Assembly: GCA_045537895.1 (NCBI GenBank)
Contig: JAZSQI010000022.1
Coordinates: 19,290 to 83,289 of the forward strand
DNA from: Clostridia bacterium
GTDB lineage: Bacteria; Bacillota; Clostridia; TANB77; CAG-465
Length of the DNA stretch: 64,000 nt
Direction: 5' to 3'
In this document: positions 1 to 9,631 of the stretch, piece by piece
Layout: each line of letters opens with the position of its first letter
Position numbering within the stretch: position 1 is the stretch's first letter
The notes under the pieces: generated by a model
What the model saw: the letters and a program-made list of their open reading frames with translations, nothing else
Database searches by the model: none
What the model was told of the DNA's origin: nothing
Made by a program: the position numbers and the translations under genes

Positions 1-2
1 TA

Positions 3-752
3 ATAGATGATAAAATCAAATATTTAATTATATATAATGGTGCTAAGAAAAATAAAATCTTAACTTCAATAACTATTTTATTAATTTCAATTATTTTAGC
101 TATTTTAACATATTTTTTGTCCATTTTTAGTATAAAGATAATAAGTACATCAATAATTTTATCAATTGTATCTTTTTGTGTTCCTTATTTAGCAATAAAT
201 CTGCTAGTAAATAGTAATATTAGAAAAATAAAAATAATATTACCGTCGTATATAGTTAATCTAAAAAACAATATGGAGGTTACAAACAATATAATAAAGG
301 CGATTAAAATAACAAAGGTAGAACCACCTTTAGAACATAGTATAAATGTATTTAATTACAAAGTGGAAAAAGGAATAAATGTATATCAATGTTTTGATGA
401 ATTAAAAGAAAATATTAATATAGAAGTGTTTAGCAACTTAATTGATGCTTTTAAAGTCTGTTATAGTAATGGAGGAGATTTTTCAAGGGTATTAAATAAA
501 TATATTGATATTGTTTCAAAAGAAAACATTGAAAAATCGAAACTTAAGGAAAATAGTAGTGCAACAATTTTAACTTTGATAATAATGGTAGTAATAAATA
601 TATTATTACTCTTTAGTGTTGTATTATCAAATATTGATTATAGAAAAATAATATTGGAAAGTTTTGCAGGACATATAATAATAAATTTTGAAATTATAAG
701 CTATATTATTGTAGTGTATTTTGTATATAAAGTGTATAAGATGGAGGGATAA
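3..752 (+). CDS. Type II secretion system F-domain (TadB/TadC-like) polytopic membrane protein, possibly 5'-truncated by the window edge
   Basis: The ORF track starts at TTG 117, but the frame has no stop back to position 3. Several hydrophobic helices flank a soluble segment with T2SSF/TadB-like layout. The assignment is by overall pattern only. Confidence 0.4.
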   Translation: MDDKIKYLIIYNGAKKNKILTSITILLISIILAILTYFLSIFSIKIISTSIILSIVSFCVPYLAINLLVNSNIRKIKIILPSYIVNLKNNMEVTNNIIKAIKITKVEPPLEHSINVFNYKVEKGINVYQCFDELKENINIEVFSNLIDAFKVCYSNGGDFSRVLNKYIDIVSKENIEKSKLKENSSATILTLIIMVVINILLLFSVVLSNIDYRKIILESFAGHIIINFEIISYIIVVYFVYKVYKMEG

Positions 753-754
753 AT

Positions 755-1495
755 ATGCAAGTATTTTTAGAAAATAGAGATATTTTAAATTCGGTAAAAG
801 AAATTAGCAAAGAATTAGAATTAGATAAGGAGCTAGACGGACTAAAAGGTCAATTAAGTAAAATTGTGACTAATACAGTCGATAAGGTAGCAACGTATAC
901 TATAAAAGCAATGCCAATTCCTGAGGGATTTAAAGATGTACTTTATGATGTGAAAGATGCTTTTAAAACAAAAGATTTTAAAGAAATAATAACAACAGTT
1001 GTTAATAGTTCAGTAAGGGAAGGATTAGAAATATTAGGTCTAGATAAAACCTCTATTAAAAGCTTGAAGGAAGTTAAAGAAATTGCAGAAAAAGGAGGAT
1101 TGATTTATGGTGTTAAGGCTGGTGTTGAGATTATAGCAAAAAAATACTTGAGAAATAATATAGTATCAGATTATATATATGATTTTTTTGATAAGTTAAA
1201 AGACAGTCCTTTTACTAATGATTTTTCGGAAAAGCTTGAAGGAAGCATAAGGAAAATAGAAGAATTAAAAGATAAGTTTTTAGATAAATGTGAAGAATTT
1301 AAACAAGCATATGAAAATTTTGATGTGGAGAAAATAAAGAACTTAGCAAATGAGGTAGAAGAATCTTTTAAAAATGTAAAACTAGATAAAGAATGTATAA
1401 GGAAAAATAAAACAATACAAAATATATCTATGTTAGTCAGTAACAAAAATTCTAAGCTTACAGATGCTCAGTTGCAACTCTGCAACATAATGTAG
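755..1495 (+). CDS. Hypothetical K/E-rich, probably coiled-coil protein
   Basis: 246-aa ORF starting 3 nt after the previous stop. No motif recognised. Confidence 0.45.
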   Translation: MQVFLENRDILNSVKEISKELELDKELDGLKGQLSKIVTNTVDKVATYTIKAMPIPEGFKDVLYDVKDAFKTKDFKEIITTVVNSSVREGLEILGLDKTSIKSLKEVKEIAEKGGLIYGVKAGVEIIAKKYLRNNIVSDYIYDFFDKLKDSPFTNDFSEKLEGSIRKIEELKDKFLDKCEEFKQAYENFDVEKIKNLANEVEESFKNVKLDKECIRKNKTIQNISMLVSNKNSKLTDAQLQLCNIM

Positions 1496-1524
1496 TATAA
1501 TATATCTAAATTAGGAGAGATATA

Positions 1525-2700
1525 ATGGAGAGTAGAAAAAGTAGAAGAAATTTAGAGTATTCTGAAAACAAAAAAACTAAAAAAAGCAAGTGGAAACTTC
1601 CTTGTATAATAAGTATAGCTGTTATGATTTTTGTATATTATCAGGTATATATATTGTTTAATTATACAATGGGGAAACCAGTAACAGAAAAACAAATATC
1701 GTTATATAAATGGATGGTAAATAAAATGCATTCTTCAGAAGAAATTCAGAAAGAAGGGAAGTTAGAAATTGCTATACTTGGAAATATAAAAGTGAAAAAG
1801 GAGCTTCTTGAATCATATGAAACGGACGGAATAGTAGATTATAGTTCAATATTTTCCAATATATCTTTTGAAGAATATGATTATACTATTGCAAATTTGA
1901 ATACTAGCATAGTTCAAGATACGAAACCAAATGGTATGTTTTACGGTAATACTAAATTATTAAAAGAACTAAATAATATAGGGGTTGATATACTTATTAC
2001 TGCCACAAAAGAGCTTAGTGCAGAAAAAGATAAACTTGTAAGTGAAACGTGCCAAAGCATTGTATCTCACGGAATACAATATGTGGGAAGTAACATAGAC
2101 GAAGACTCGTATTATATAATAGATAAAGATAATATAAAGATTGGTGTTTTAGCATATGTAAGTGAGAATTATTGTAAAAATAGTAAAACAAATGTATACA
2201 GCAGTAAAAAATTAAAAGAAGATATAGCAAAGCTAAAAAAAGAAAATGTGGATGGAATAATTGTGTTTGTTGATACATTAAGAAATAATCAAGAAAAAGT
2301 TAGGGAAGATAAAAAAGAGTTATTAAATGAAATTTTAAAGGAAAATGTAGATTTAATTATTTCAAGCGATACTAATAATCAACTCTTATATCAAAAAGAT
2401 GGAAACTCTAAATATATTAAATTTTCATTAGGAGATGTTATAGGTCTTCAAGAAAAAGATGGCGAAGACACATCAAAAGTAATAAAGGTAAGCATAAATA
2501 AAAAACAGGTAAATGGAAAAAATAGTATAGAATTTAAGGTTGATGACAATAAAACATTAGTAGCTCTTTCTAACGCAGACAAGACAAAATATAAAATAGT
2601 AGATTTAGATAGAGAAATTGAAAATTTTGATAAAAGTTCTCCAAGAATAACGGTTGCAGAATATAATTATTTATTGGAATTAAAGGAAAATATAGATTAG
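1525..2700 (+). CDS. Membrane-anchored CapA/PGA_cap-like (metallophosphatase-fold) protein with degenerate metal-binding motifs
   Basis: RBS GGAGAG lies upstream. N-terminal TM is CIISIAVMIFVYYQVYILF. Block order resembles CapA (ILGN.., IANLNTS, ILITATKE, IGVLAYV, GIIVFVDT, DLIISSDTN), but the canonical GD, NxE, NNH and HxH residues are replaced. Confidence 0.35.
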   Translation: MESRKSRRNLEYSENKKTKKSKWKLPCIISIAVMIFVYYQVYILFNYTMGKPVTEKQISLYKWMVNKMHSSEEIQKEGKLEIAILGNIKVKKELLESYETDGIVDYSSIFSNISFEEYDYTIANLNTSIVQDTKPNGMFYGNTKLLKELNNIGVDILITATKELSAEKDKLVSETCQSIVSHGIQYVGSNIDEDSYYIIDKDNIKIGVLAYVSENYCKNSKTNVYSSKKLKEDIAKLKKENVDGIIVFVDTLRNNQEKVREDKKELLNEILKENVDLIISSDTNNQLLYQKDGNSKYIKFSLGDVIGLQEKDGEDTSKVIKVSINKKQVNGKNSIEFKVDDNKTLVALSNADKTKYKIVDLDREIENFDKSSPRITVAEYNYLLELKENID

Positions 2701-2714
2701 AAGAGGCTTAAAAG

Positions 2715-2743
2715 TTGATTTATAGCTAGCTCGATGATATAAT
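2715..2743 (+). promoter_or_regulatory. Sigma-A type promoter for the alcohol dehydrogenase gene
   Basis: TTGATT, 17-nt spacer, then TGaTATAAT (extended -10). Confidence 0.45.
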
Positions 2744-2821
2744 AGACGCCAAGGAGGAATATACAAAAAGTATATCAAAATATGTTATTGATATAGGAAA
2801 AAATAAAGGAGGAAATAATTT

Positions 2822-3976
2822 ATGTCAGAAAGATTTGTATTAAATGAAACTTCATATTTTGGAAGAGGGTGCACAGCTGAGCTTCCAAATGAAGTTAAAA
2901 CAAGAGGATTTAAAAAGGTTTTGCTTGTAACTGATAAAACTTTACTTTCGTGTAAGGTGGCAGAGAAAGTTACAACTGTTTTGGATGAAGCAAATATTGA
3001 ATATGTTGTTTATTCAGACGTAAAACCAAACCCAACAGTAAAAAATGTTCAAGATGGTGTAGTAGTTTGTAAAGAAAACAATGCTGATGTTATTGTTGCA
3101 GTTGGTGGTGGTTCAGTAATTGATACTGCAAAAGGTATTTCTATTGTAATGACAAATCCTGAAAGAGCAGATGTTGTTTCATTAAATGGATTATCTAATA
3201 CTATTAATAAAGGAATGCCTATGATTGCTCTTCCAACAACTCATGGTACAGCAGCAGAGGTAACAATTAACTACGTTATTACAGATGAAGAAAGACAGAT
3301 AAAAATGGTATGTGTAGACCCACATGACATTCCATTAGTTGCAATTGTTGATTCGGAGCTTATGGAAACACTTCCAAAATCTGTAGCTGCTTCAACTGGA
3401 ATGGATGCATTAACACATGCTGTTGAAGGTTATATTACTAAAGGTCATAACAAGATGGCAGATATGTTCCATATGAAAGCAATTGAATTGATATTTGAAA
3501 ATTTACCGGCAGCAGTAAATGATAAAGATGTAGAAGCAATTGAAAATATGGCACTTGCTCAATATATAGCTGGTATGGGATTTTCTAATGTTGGACTTGG
3601 AATAGTCCATTCAATGGCACATCAGTTAGGCGCTGTTTATGATACACCTCATGGTCTTGCAAATACAATATTGTTACCAACAGTTATGAGATTTAATGGA
3701 GTCGTATGCGCTGATAGATTTAAAGAAATTTTAAGTCGTTTGGGTGTGTCAGATGCAGCAAGTTTAAGTGATGAAGAAGCAATAGACACGTTTATTGGTA
3801 AAATTGAGGAGCTATCTAAATCTGTTGGAATTACTGAAACAGTTAAAGATACTGGTTGCAGAGAAGAGGATTTAGATATGCTTGCAGAAAAAGCAATGGA
3901 AGATCCTTGCAAGCCTGGTAATCCAAGAGAAGTAACTAAAGAAGATTTTATAAAATTATATAAAGAGGCAATGTAA
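2822..3976 (+). CDS. Iron-containing (group III) alcohol dehydrogenase, lactaldehyde/propanediol/butanol dehydrogenase type
   Basis: GGGSVIDTAKG NAD-binding motif, conserved His cluster (THAVEGY, IVHSMAHQLG, PHG), strong RBS AAGGAGGA, 384 aa. Confidence 0.9.
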   Translation: MSERFVLNETSYFGRGCTAELPNEVKTRGFKKVLLVTDKTLLSCKVAEKVTTVLDEANIEYVVYSDVKPNPTVKNVQDGVVVCKENNADVIVAVGGGSVIDTAKGISIVMTNPERADVVSLNGLSNTINKGMPMIALPTTHGTAAEVTINYVITDEERQIKMVCVDPHDIPLVAIVDSELMETLPKSVAASTGMDALTHAVEGYITKGHNKMADMFHMKAIELIFENLPAAVNDKDVEAIENMALAQYIAGMGFSNVGLGIVHSMAHQLGAVYDTPHGLANTILLPTVMRFNGVVCADRFKEILSRLGVSDAASLSDEEAIDTFIGKIEELSKSVGITETVKDTGCREEDLDMLAEKAMEDPCKPGNPREVTKEDFIKLYKEAM

Positions 3977-4079
3977 TAAAACATACAAAAACACTAAACA
4001 CTCTAGAAGTTTAACTTTTAGAGTGTTTTATATATTGTATTTATTTGTATGGTAGTATATAATAACAAAAAAAGGAGAG

Positions 4080-4427
4080 ATGAAAATGAATTTTTATGAT
4101 AAAGTACATGAATTAGTTAGATGTTTTAAACAAACAGAGGAGTATAAAACATATATAAATTTAAAAGAAGAAATAAAAAAAGATGCAAAATATTCATCTA
4201 TGTTAAAAGATTTTAAAGAAAAGCAAACAAAGATGCAGATGTCATATATAGAGTCAGGTAGTAAAGATGAAAATGCGCAAAAAGAACTAGAAAATATTTA
4301 TTCGTTACTTATACAAAGTGAGACAGTAAGAAGTTTCTTAGAATCAGAAATTAGATTAAATGTGCTTCTTGCTGATATGCAAAAAATAATAGGAGAAGGT
4401 TTGAAAGATATAGTTGAATTTGAATAA
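4080..4427 (+). CDS. YlbF/YmcA-family (UPF0342-like) regulatory protein
   Basis: 115-aa helical protein whose N-terminus (YDKVHELVRCFKQTEEYKTYINLKEEIKKD) is typical of YlbF-like proteins. Confidence 0.55.
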   Translation: MKMNFYDKVHELVRCFKQTEEYKTYINLKEEIKKDAKYSSMLKDFKEKQTKMQMSYIESGSKDENAQKELENIYSLLIQSETVRSFLESEIRLNVLLADMQKIIGEGLKDIVEFE

Positions 4428-4437
4428 AGAGGTATAA

Positions 4438-5016
4438 ATGAAAGATATTTTACAAAGGAAGCCAGAAAAAATATGTAAAGATATATTAAAAATGCTTGAT
4501 AATGAAAACGTAAATGTAGAAATAGACAATAATAGTAAAAGTAGCTTGTATGTATTTTTAAATAACACAATGTATATATCAAATAAAACAAACGATAAAA
4601 AAAGTATTGATGAGCAAAACAAATCAAAAATTCTTGTTATAGCTCATGAATGTGCACACTCTAATCAAGCTAAATATTTACAAATATTAAATTTTGTGTT
4701 AGCAAATTTAGAAATAATATTGTTTGCTATAGTTTTAATATCAAGCTTATTTCTAAGCAAGAATAGTGTATTATTAAATAGTTACATTATAGTTTCTTTT
4801 CTATCAATTATCATACGTTGGTATTTAGAAATGAATGCTACTATCAATTCTGTAAAGATTACAGCTAGATACATGATTAAAAACAATGTACAAAAAGAGC
4901 CTGTAAAAGATTTGATTGGCTTTTATAAAAGAAAATTATTAAAAACATTACCAATATTTTTGTTATGGCTATTTTTATTTAAAGTGCTGAGATTAGTTTT
5001 AGCCATAGTGATATGA
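4438..5016 (+). CDS. Membrane protein with HExxH zinc-metallopeptidase-like motif
   Basis: VIAHECAHS motif followed by several TM helices. Confidence 0.4.
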   Translation: MKDILQRKPEKICKDILKMLDNENVNVEIDNNSKSSLYVFLNNTMYISNKTNDKKSIDEQNKSKILVIAHECAHSNQAKYLQILNFVLANLEIILFAIVLISSLFLSKNSVLLNSYIIVSFLSIIIRWYLEMNATINSVKITARYMIKNNVQKEPVKDLIGFYKRKLLKTLPIFLLWLFLFKVLRLVLAIVI

Positions 5017-5046
5017 TACAAGGCATATCATCATATATATGTATAG

Positions 5047-5802
5047 GTGATGTGTGTGAAATTAAAAATAATGAAAAAAAGGTATTTTTTTGTTGGTATT
5101 ACAATACTTTTTGCCATGATAGGTTATGAATTTTCAGTTAGGTATGATTTATCTCAGCAAGTTATAAAAACAAATTCTACTCCTATAACAAATAAAGTTA
5201 TAGTATTAGATGCTGGGCATGGGCTTCCTGATGAGGGAGCTGTTGGGTTTACTGGAACAACTGAGCAAGCTATAAATTTAGAAATAGTGTTAAAGGTGCA
5301 AAAGTTGATTGAACAAAGTGGAGCAAAAGTTATACTAACAAGAAGCGATGAAAACGGAATCTATTCGGCTGATAGTACTAGTATAAGAAATAAGAAGATT
5401 AGTGATATAAAAAATAGAGAGTATATAGTTGATAATAGTAATGCAGATGTTTTTGTATCTATACATTTAAATAAATATGAAGACAGTAAATACAGTGGAT
5501 GGCAAACATTTTACCAAAGTAAAATTGATGATAGTAAAATACTAGCAACAAATATACAAACAGAATTAAATAATAATATTAATGAAAATAATGATAGGGT
5601 TCCGATGGCAATAAAAGGCGTGTATTTAATGGAACATATAAATATTCCAGGAGTAGTTGTTGAATGTGGTTTTATATCTAATCCAGAAGAAGAACGACTA
5701 TTAAAACAGGATACACACCAAGCAAGACTTGCATGGGGAATCTATGCAGGTTTGCAACAATATTTTAAACAAATAGATGAAATAAATTTGGAGGAAAAGT
5801 GA
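5047..5802 (+). CDS. cwlD: Germination-specific N-acetylmuramoyl-L-alanine amidase CwlD (start codon uncertain, 5047-5071)
   Basis: Amidase_3 motifs LDAGHG..D.GAVG, NLEI, ILTRSDE, ADVFVSIHLN and ECGFISNPEE. N-terminal membrane anchor. Confidence 0.8.
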   Translation: MMCVKLKIMKKRYFFVGITILFAMIGYEFSVRYDLSQQVIKTNSTPITNKVIVLDAGHGLPDEGAVGFTGTTEQAINLEIVLKVQKLIEQSGAKVILTRSDENGIYSADSTSIRNKKISDIKNREYIVDNSNADVFVSIHLNKYEDSKYSGWQTFYQSKIDDSKILATNIQTELNNNINENNDRVPMAIKGVYLMEHINIPGVVVECGFISNPEEERLLKQDTHQARLAWGIYAGLQQYFKQIDEINLEEK

Positions 5803-6266
5803 AAGAAAAGTTTATGAAGGAGGCCTTAAAAGAGGCTAAAAAAGCAATGATTAAAGAAGAGGTTCCGGTTGGAGCTGTAATAGTACTTAATGATAAAATA
5901 ATAGCAAGAGCTCATAATTTAAGAGAAACAAAGAAAAATAGTTTGTGCCATGCAGAGATAATTGCAATAAATAAAGCTTGTAAGAAGCTTAATAATTTTA
6001 GACTAGAAGACTGTGAAATGTATATAACTATGGAGCCTTGTCTTATGTGTGCTGGCGCAATAGTTCAATCTAGAGTAAAAAAAATAATTATAGGAGCAAG
6101 AGACACTAAATATGGTATGGCAGGAACAGTTTTTAATGCATTTGAATTAAAAAGTAATCATAAGGTAGAAGTAGAAATAGGAGTATTGGAAGATGAATGT
6201 TCTAGTATAATAAAAGACTTCTTTAAACAGCTTAGACAAAATCATAAAAATAATAACAAAAAGTAA
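5799..6266 (+). CDS. tadA: tRNA adenosine(34) deaminase
   Basis: CHAEIIAI and PCLMCAGA zinc-binding motifs, 155 aa, 4-nt overlap with cwlD. Confidence 0.9.
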   Translation: MKEKFMKEALKEAKKAMIKEEVPVGAVIVLNDKIIARAHNLRETKKNSLCHAEIIAINKACKKLNNFRLEDCEMYITMEPCLMCAGAIVQSRVKKIIIGARDTKYGMAGTVFNAFELKSNHKVEVEIGVLEDECSSIIKDFFKQLRQNHKNNNKK

Positions 6267-6335
6267 TATATTGCATAGTATATAGTGTAAGAGAAATCTT
6301 ACACTATTATTTATTATAAATAAGGGAGTGCTAAT

Positions 6336-6761
6336 ATGTGTGGAATTAAAAATTGCGGATGTATAGCAGCAATTATAGGTATTGTGCTTGGAATAATAGT
6401 AGGAGTACTATTTTTCTTAGGAACAATAGCAGCTACAGCTATTGTTACACCAATAATAATAGCAGGCGTAATTGCAGCAGTTGTTCTACTTTTAGTTATT
6501 ATATTATTATCAATAGTTGAATTAAGAGAGGGCGCTACATTGCCAGTTTGTACTTGTAGAAATGTTATTGGGCTTGCAATTACAAGCATTATAACAATAG
6601 TAGCAACTATAGCTTCTTTTGCGATAACATTAGCATCAGGAAGTGTAGCTATAGCATTATTAATTGCAATAGGAGCAGGGGCATTTTTTGCAATGCTTAT
6701 ACTGTTACTTTGCTGGTTAGTATGTATAACTGAAAAAAACTGCAAGGCTATTCGCGATTAA
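6336..6761 (+). CDS. Small, very hydrophobic Cys-containing membrane protein
   Basis: RBS AGGGAG 7 nt upstream of the ATG and an intrinsic terminator just downstream. The mirror ORF on the minus strand has neither signal. Confidence 0.4.
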   Translation: MCGIKNCGCIAAIIGIVLGIIVGVLFFLGTIAATAIVTPIIIAGVIAAVVLLLVIILLSIVELREGATLPVCTCRNVIGLAITSIITIVATIASFAITLASGSVAIALLIAIGAGAFFAMLILLLCWLVCITEKNCKAIRD

Positions 6762-6764
6762 TTA

Positions 6765-6796
6765 AAAACCATTCATCTTTAGGTGAATGGTTTTTA
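6765..6796 (+). terminator. Rho-independent terminator
   Basis: AACCATTCA / TGAATGGTT stem followed by a T run. Confidence 0.6.
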
Positions 6797-6853
6797 ATTT
6801 TTATATATTAGTCAAAAATATAAAAATATGCAAGCTTAAAAGCTTGCGTTTGT

Positions 6854-6929
6854 TGGTGCTCCCGAGACGATTCGAACGTCCGACCAATAGTTTAGGAAAC
6901 TACTGCTCTATCCCCTGAGCTACGGAAGC
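6854..6929 (-). tRNA. tRNA-Arg(CCT)
   Basis: Hand-folded 76-nt cloverleaf: GCTTCCG/CGGGAGC acceptor, GCTC/GAGC D-stem, anticodon loop TTCCTAA, GGACG-TTCGAAT-CGTCT T-arm, encoded CCA. Confidence 0.9.
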
Positions 6930-7074
6930 ATAAATTAATTATATATTAATTCTCAAAAAAATCAATATATAGTAACATATTTACAGCACATGTTGTCATC
7001 TTTTTATAGTTTATTGCTTAATATAAATTTAAATGGTATAATTTTTGTATAATTTAAAAGTTGGAGGAATATAT

Positions 7075-9210
7075 ATGGGTTTAATAGAATGTCCTAAGTG
7101 TAAAAAGAAGAATACAGATGTAATAGACACATGTACACATTGTGGATATAATTTTTCTAAGATTCTAAAAAATGATAAATTATCATTAAGAAATGCAATT
7201 TTGACATCGTTGCAAGCAAATTTAGATTATGGTTATACATATTTAAATAGTAATGAATTAGATTATTCTGATGAAAAAAATTTTACAGCTACTATTTTAA
7301 ATAAAAAGATAGTAGTAACAAGCAGAGAGAAAAATAGTTTGAATTTAGTAAATTTGGTTACGGAGGCATCTGTAAAGGTAAAGCAAAAAGCAAATGAGCT
7401 TCGCATAAAGCAGTCACTACAGACAGATAATACAGGGGATGATTTACTAGAGTTTATAGATAAACTATCTAAATTGCTACTAGAATTTAATTCGGATATA
7501 GTTAAATACTTGATAGATGATGTTAAAATACCAGCTGATGAATTAGAACCGATTATTAATATTTTTACTGACTATTTAGATTTATATGTTGAAAAGTGCA
7601 AACAAAACCTAAACAACTTTATGATTAAGCATAGTCAAAATATTGAAAACTATACCAATAAATTATCGGCTATAAATTCTAATGCAGCAAAACAAGGGGC
7701 AGCCAATATAGGTGCAGCAATGGGTGGCTCTTCATTAATTGGAGCAATAGGTATGTTTGCCGCAAAAGGAGAACTTGAAGCAAAATCAGACCAAGCGAAA
7801 AATGATTTTAATCAGAAAACGAATCTAAATGTAAATATAACAACAACACAGTTTATAGCTTCATTTAGCCAGTTAATAGATGAATATTTAAAAGTGTTTT
7901 ATGAAACAGCTTTTAAAAAGTTTTCTATGTTTGACGAAGGTGTTCTGGATTCTACAAGTGATTTTTTTGATAAAGTTTATGATACAAAGAATATACTGAA
8001 TGTATTTGGTAAATTAAATAATGAAGAAAAAGAAGATATCAAAAAAATGATAGAATATATCGGAAAAGATAACTATTTAACTGAGCTATATGAACTAACA
8101 GATGAGGAAATAATAAAGTACTATGAAAAATATAATAATGATTCGTATGAATCTCCTAACTTAGAACTTTTAATGATGTTAACAGATAAAAGAGCAGACG
8201 ATTACAAAAAAATAGTGCTAGATAAATATATTCTAAAAAAATATGAGAATAATATTTATACATTAAAAGGGCAGAAAAAGTATATAAGTTTTAAACAAGA
8301 ATGTAGAAACTGTCGTAAAGAAATAGAAAATAATTTATATTTAAAAAACTCAAATAAAGAGATGCTTATAGAAAAAATTAATAATTTAGAAAATGAAAAG
8401 ATTACTAAACATAGAAACAAATTATTAATAATATTTGGCAGTATTACCCTGATTATTATGATTGCTATATGCATTATAATTGGCGCTGTTAATAAGAAAA
8501 ATAGCATAAATATAACAGGCAAGACATTTAGAGATGGGAATAACTATATAAAATTCTTAGATGAATATATAATCTTAGGTACTGAGCGTGATGATGGGCA
8601 TTATGAACTAGAAAAAATCGATTGCTCTATAACTTATGATTCAAATGAGGATGGACATGGTTATAGACATTACGTATGTGGTGATAAATTAGAATTCTAT
8701 ACATCTATTTTTGCTAACAGTAAATCGCTAGATATTGATTTTGAAGATGGGCAGAGAGGCTTGCTTTCATCTGGTGATTATACTTTTACAAGTATAGATT
8801 TAGACAAGGTTTCGAATATAGAAAAACAAATGGAACTTTGCGCTGATAAAGGTCGCTATTGTGATTATAAGATAGATAAAAATAAAATAACGGGTTATTA
8901 TATAAATGATACCGGAATATTATTTAAAATTGAAAGAGATGGAGAATATAACTTGTTGTATGAGGTTATAAGTACAGCACAATTAAGAAAATTAATAAAA
9001 GAAGATTTTGAATTTAAAGTTTCACGTGCTGAGTATTATAGCAATAAACTAAGCAATACAGGTAATAACTACACATTAGAATTATCGTGGAGGGCGCCGT
9101 ATAAAATAAACTTTACGATAGAGGATACTGTTATTAATATAAAAAAAGAAGATAATAGAGATTTAGATTCAAAATTCATAGGAAAATATTATAAGTATAA
9201 AGATCTTTAA
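7075..9210 (+). CDS. Zinc-ribbon, single-pass membrane protein of unknown function
   Basis: ATG at 7075 is preceded by GGAGGA. N-terminal CPKC..CTHC zinc ribbon, Gly/Ala-rich segment, TM helix LLIIFGSITLIIMIAICIIIGAV, then about 230 aa of C-terminal domain. Confidence 0.5.
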   Translation: MGLIECPKCKKKNTDVIDTCTHCGYNFSKILKNDKLSLRNAILTSLQANLDYGYTYLNSNELDYSDEKNFTATILNKKIVVTSREKNSLNLVNLVTEASVKVKQKANELRIKQSLQTDNTGDDLLEFIDKLSKLLLEFNSDIVKYLIDDVKIPADELEPIINIFTDYLDLYVEKCKQNLNNFMIKHSQNIENYTNKLSAINSNAAKQGAANIGAAMGGSSLIGAIGMFAAKGELEAKSDQAKNDFNQKTNLNVNITTTQFIASFSQLIDEYLKVFYETAFKKFSMFDEGVLDSTSDFFDKVYDTKNILNVFGKLNNEEKEDIKKMIEYIGKDNYLTELYELTDEEIIKYYEKYNNDSYESPNLELLMMLTDKRADDYKKIVLDKYILKKYENNIYTLKGQKKYISFKQECRNCRKEIENNLYLKNSNKEMLIEKINNLENEKITKHRNKLLIIFGSITLIIMIAICIIIGAVNKKNSINITGKTFRDGNNYIKFLDEYIILGTERDDGHYELEKIDCSITYDSNEDGHGYRHYVCGDKLEFYTSIFANSKSLDIDFEDGQRGLLSSGDYTFTSIDLDKVSNIEKQMELCADKGRYCDYKIDKNKITGYYINDTGILFKIERDGEYNLLYEVISTAQLRKLIKEDFEFKVSRAEYYSNKLSNTGNNYTLELSWRAPYKINFTIEDTVINIKKEDNRDLDSKFIGKYYKYKDL

Positions 9211-9320
9211 CAGACAATAATTAAGAATAATTCCATAAAGTAAATTGTGATTCTATGGGATTATTCTTTTTTGTAGATATTATATAGTGATGCATGATTT
9301 TAAAATTATTAGAGCACGTC

Positions 9321-9349
9321 TTGATTTATTTGCTATAACCTGTTATACT
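9321..9349 (+). promoter_or_regulatory. Sigma-A type promoter of the now-split host tRNA-Arg(ACG)
   Basis: TTGATT, 17 nt, TGtTATACT (extended -10), about 60 nt upstream of the tRNA 5' half. Confidence 0.45.
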
Positions 9350-9409
9350 TATTAAGTAAATAAGTGTGTTAGACTAAGTATGTTAGATAGCTTAAATACA
9401 ACAATATTA

Positions 9410-9448
9410 GTACTCATAGCTCAATTGGATAGAGCGTTGGACTACGAA
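9410..9448 (+). pseudogene. 5' half of host tRNA-Arg(ACG): acceptor 5' strand, D-arm, anticodon stem 5' strand and loop
   Basis: GTACTCA TA GCTC AATTGGATA GAGC G TTGGA CTACGAA is followed by non-tRNA sequence. It pairs perfectly with the 3' half at 19693-19730. Confidence 0.75.
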
Positions 9449-9495
9449 ACACACTGACGATTCCATAGAAGTGCTAGTATAATTAAGTTATAGAG

Positions 9496-9530
9496 TTTGA
9501 ATTTTGGTGATTCCCCCAAAATTCCCCAAA
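9496..9530 (+). repeat. Left-end copy of the island-terminal direct repeat (TTGAATTTT..ATTCCCCAAAATTCCCCA)
   Basis: Imperfect direct repeat of 19505-19533. The ATTCCCCAAA unit is itself doubled. Confidence 0.6.
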
Positions 9531-9553
9531 TCAAACTTTATTTTAAAAAATAT

Positions 9554-9630
9554 GTAGCTGTAGCTTAACTGGATAGAGCCCTTGGCTACGAACCAAGAGG
9601 TTGCAGGTTCGAGTCCTGTCAGCTACACCA
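9554..9630 (+). tRNA. tRNA-Arg(ACG), island-borne complete copy
   Basis: 77-nt cloverleaf: GTAGCTG/CAGCTAC acceptor, CTTGG/CCAAG anticodon stem, loop CTACGAA, GCAGG-TTCGAGT-CCTGT T-arm, CCA. The stem sequences differ from the split host gene. Confidence 0.9.
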
Positions 9631-9631
9631 T

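Noticed and set aside
6314-6745. Minus-strand 143-aa ORF mirroring the 6336-6761 membrane-protein ORF.
   Set aside because: Only the plus-strand ORF has an RBS (AGGGAG) at the proper distance and a terminator directly downstream. The minus-strand ORF has neither.
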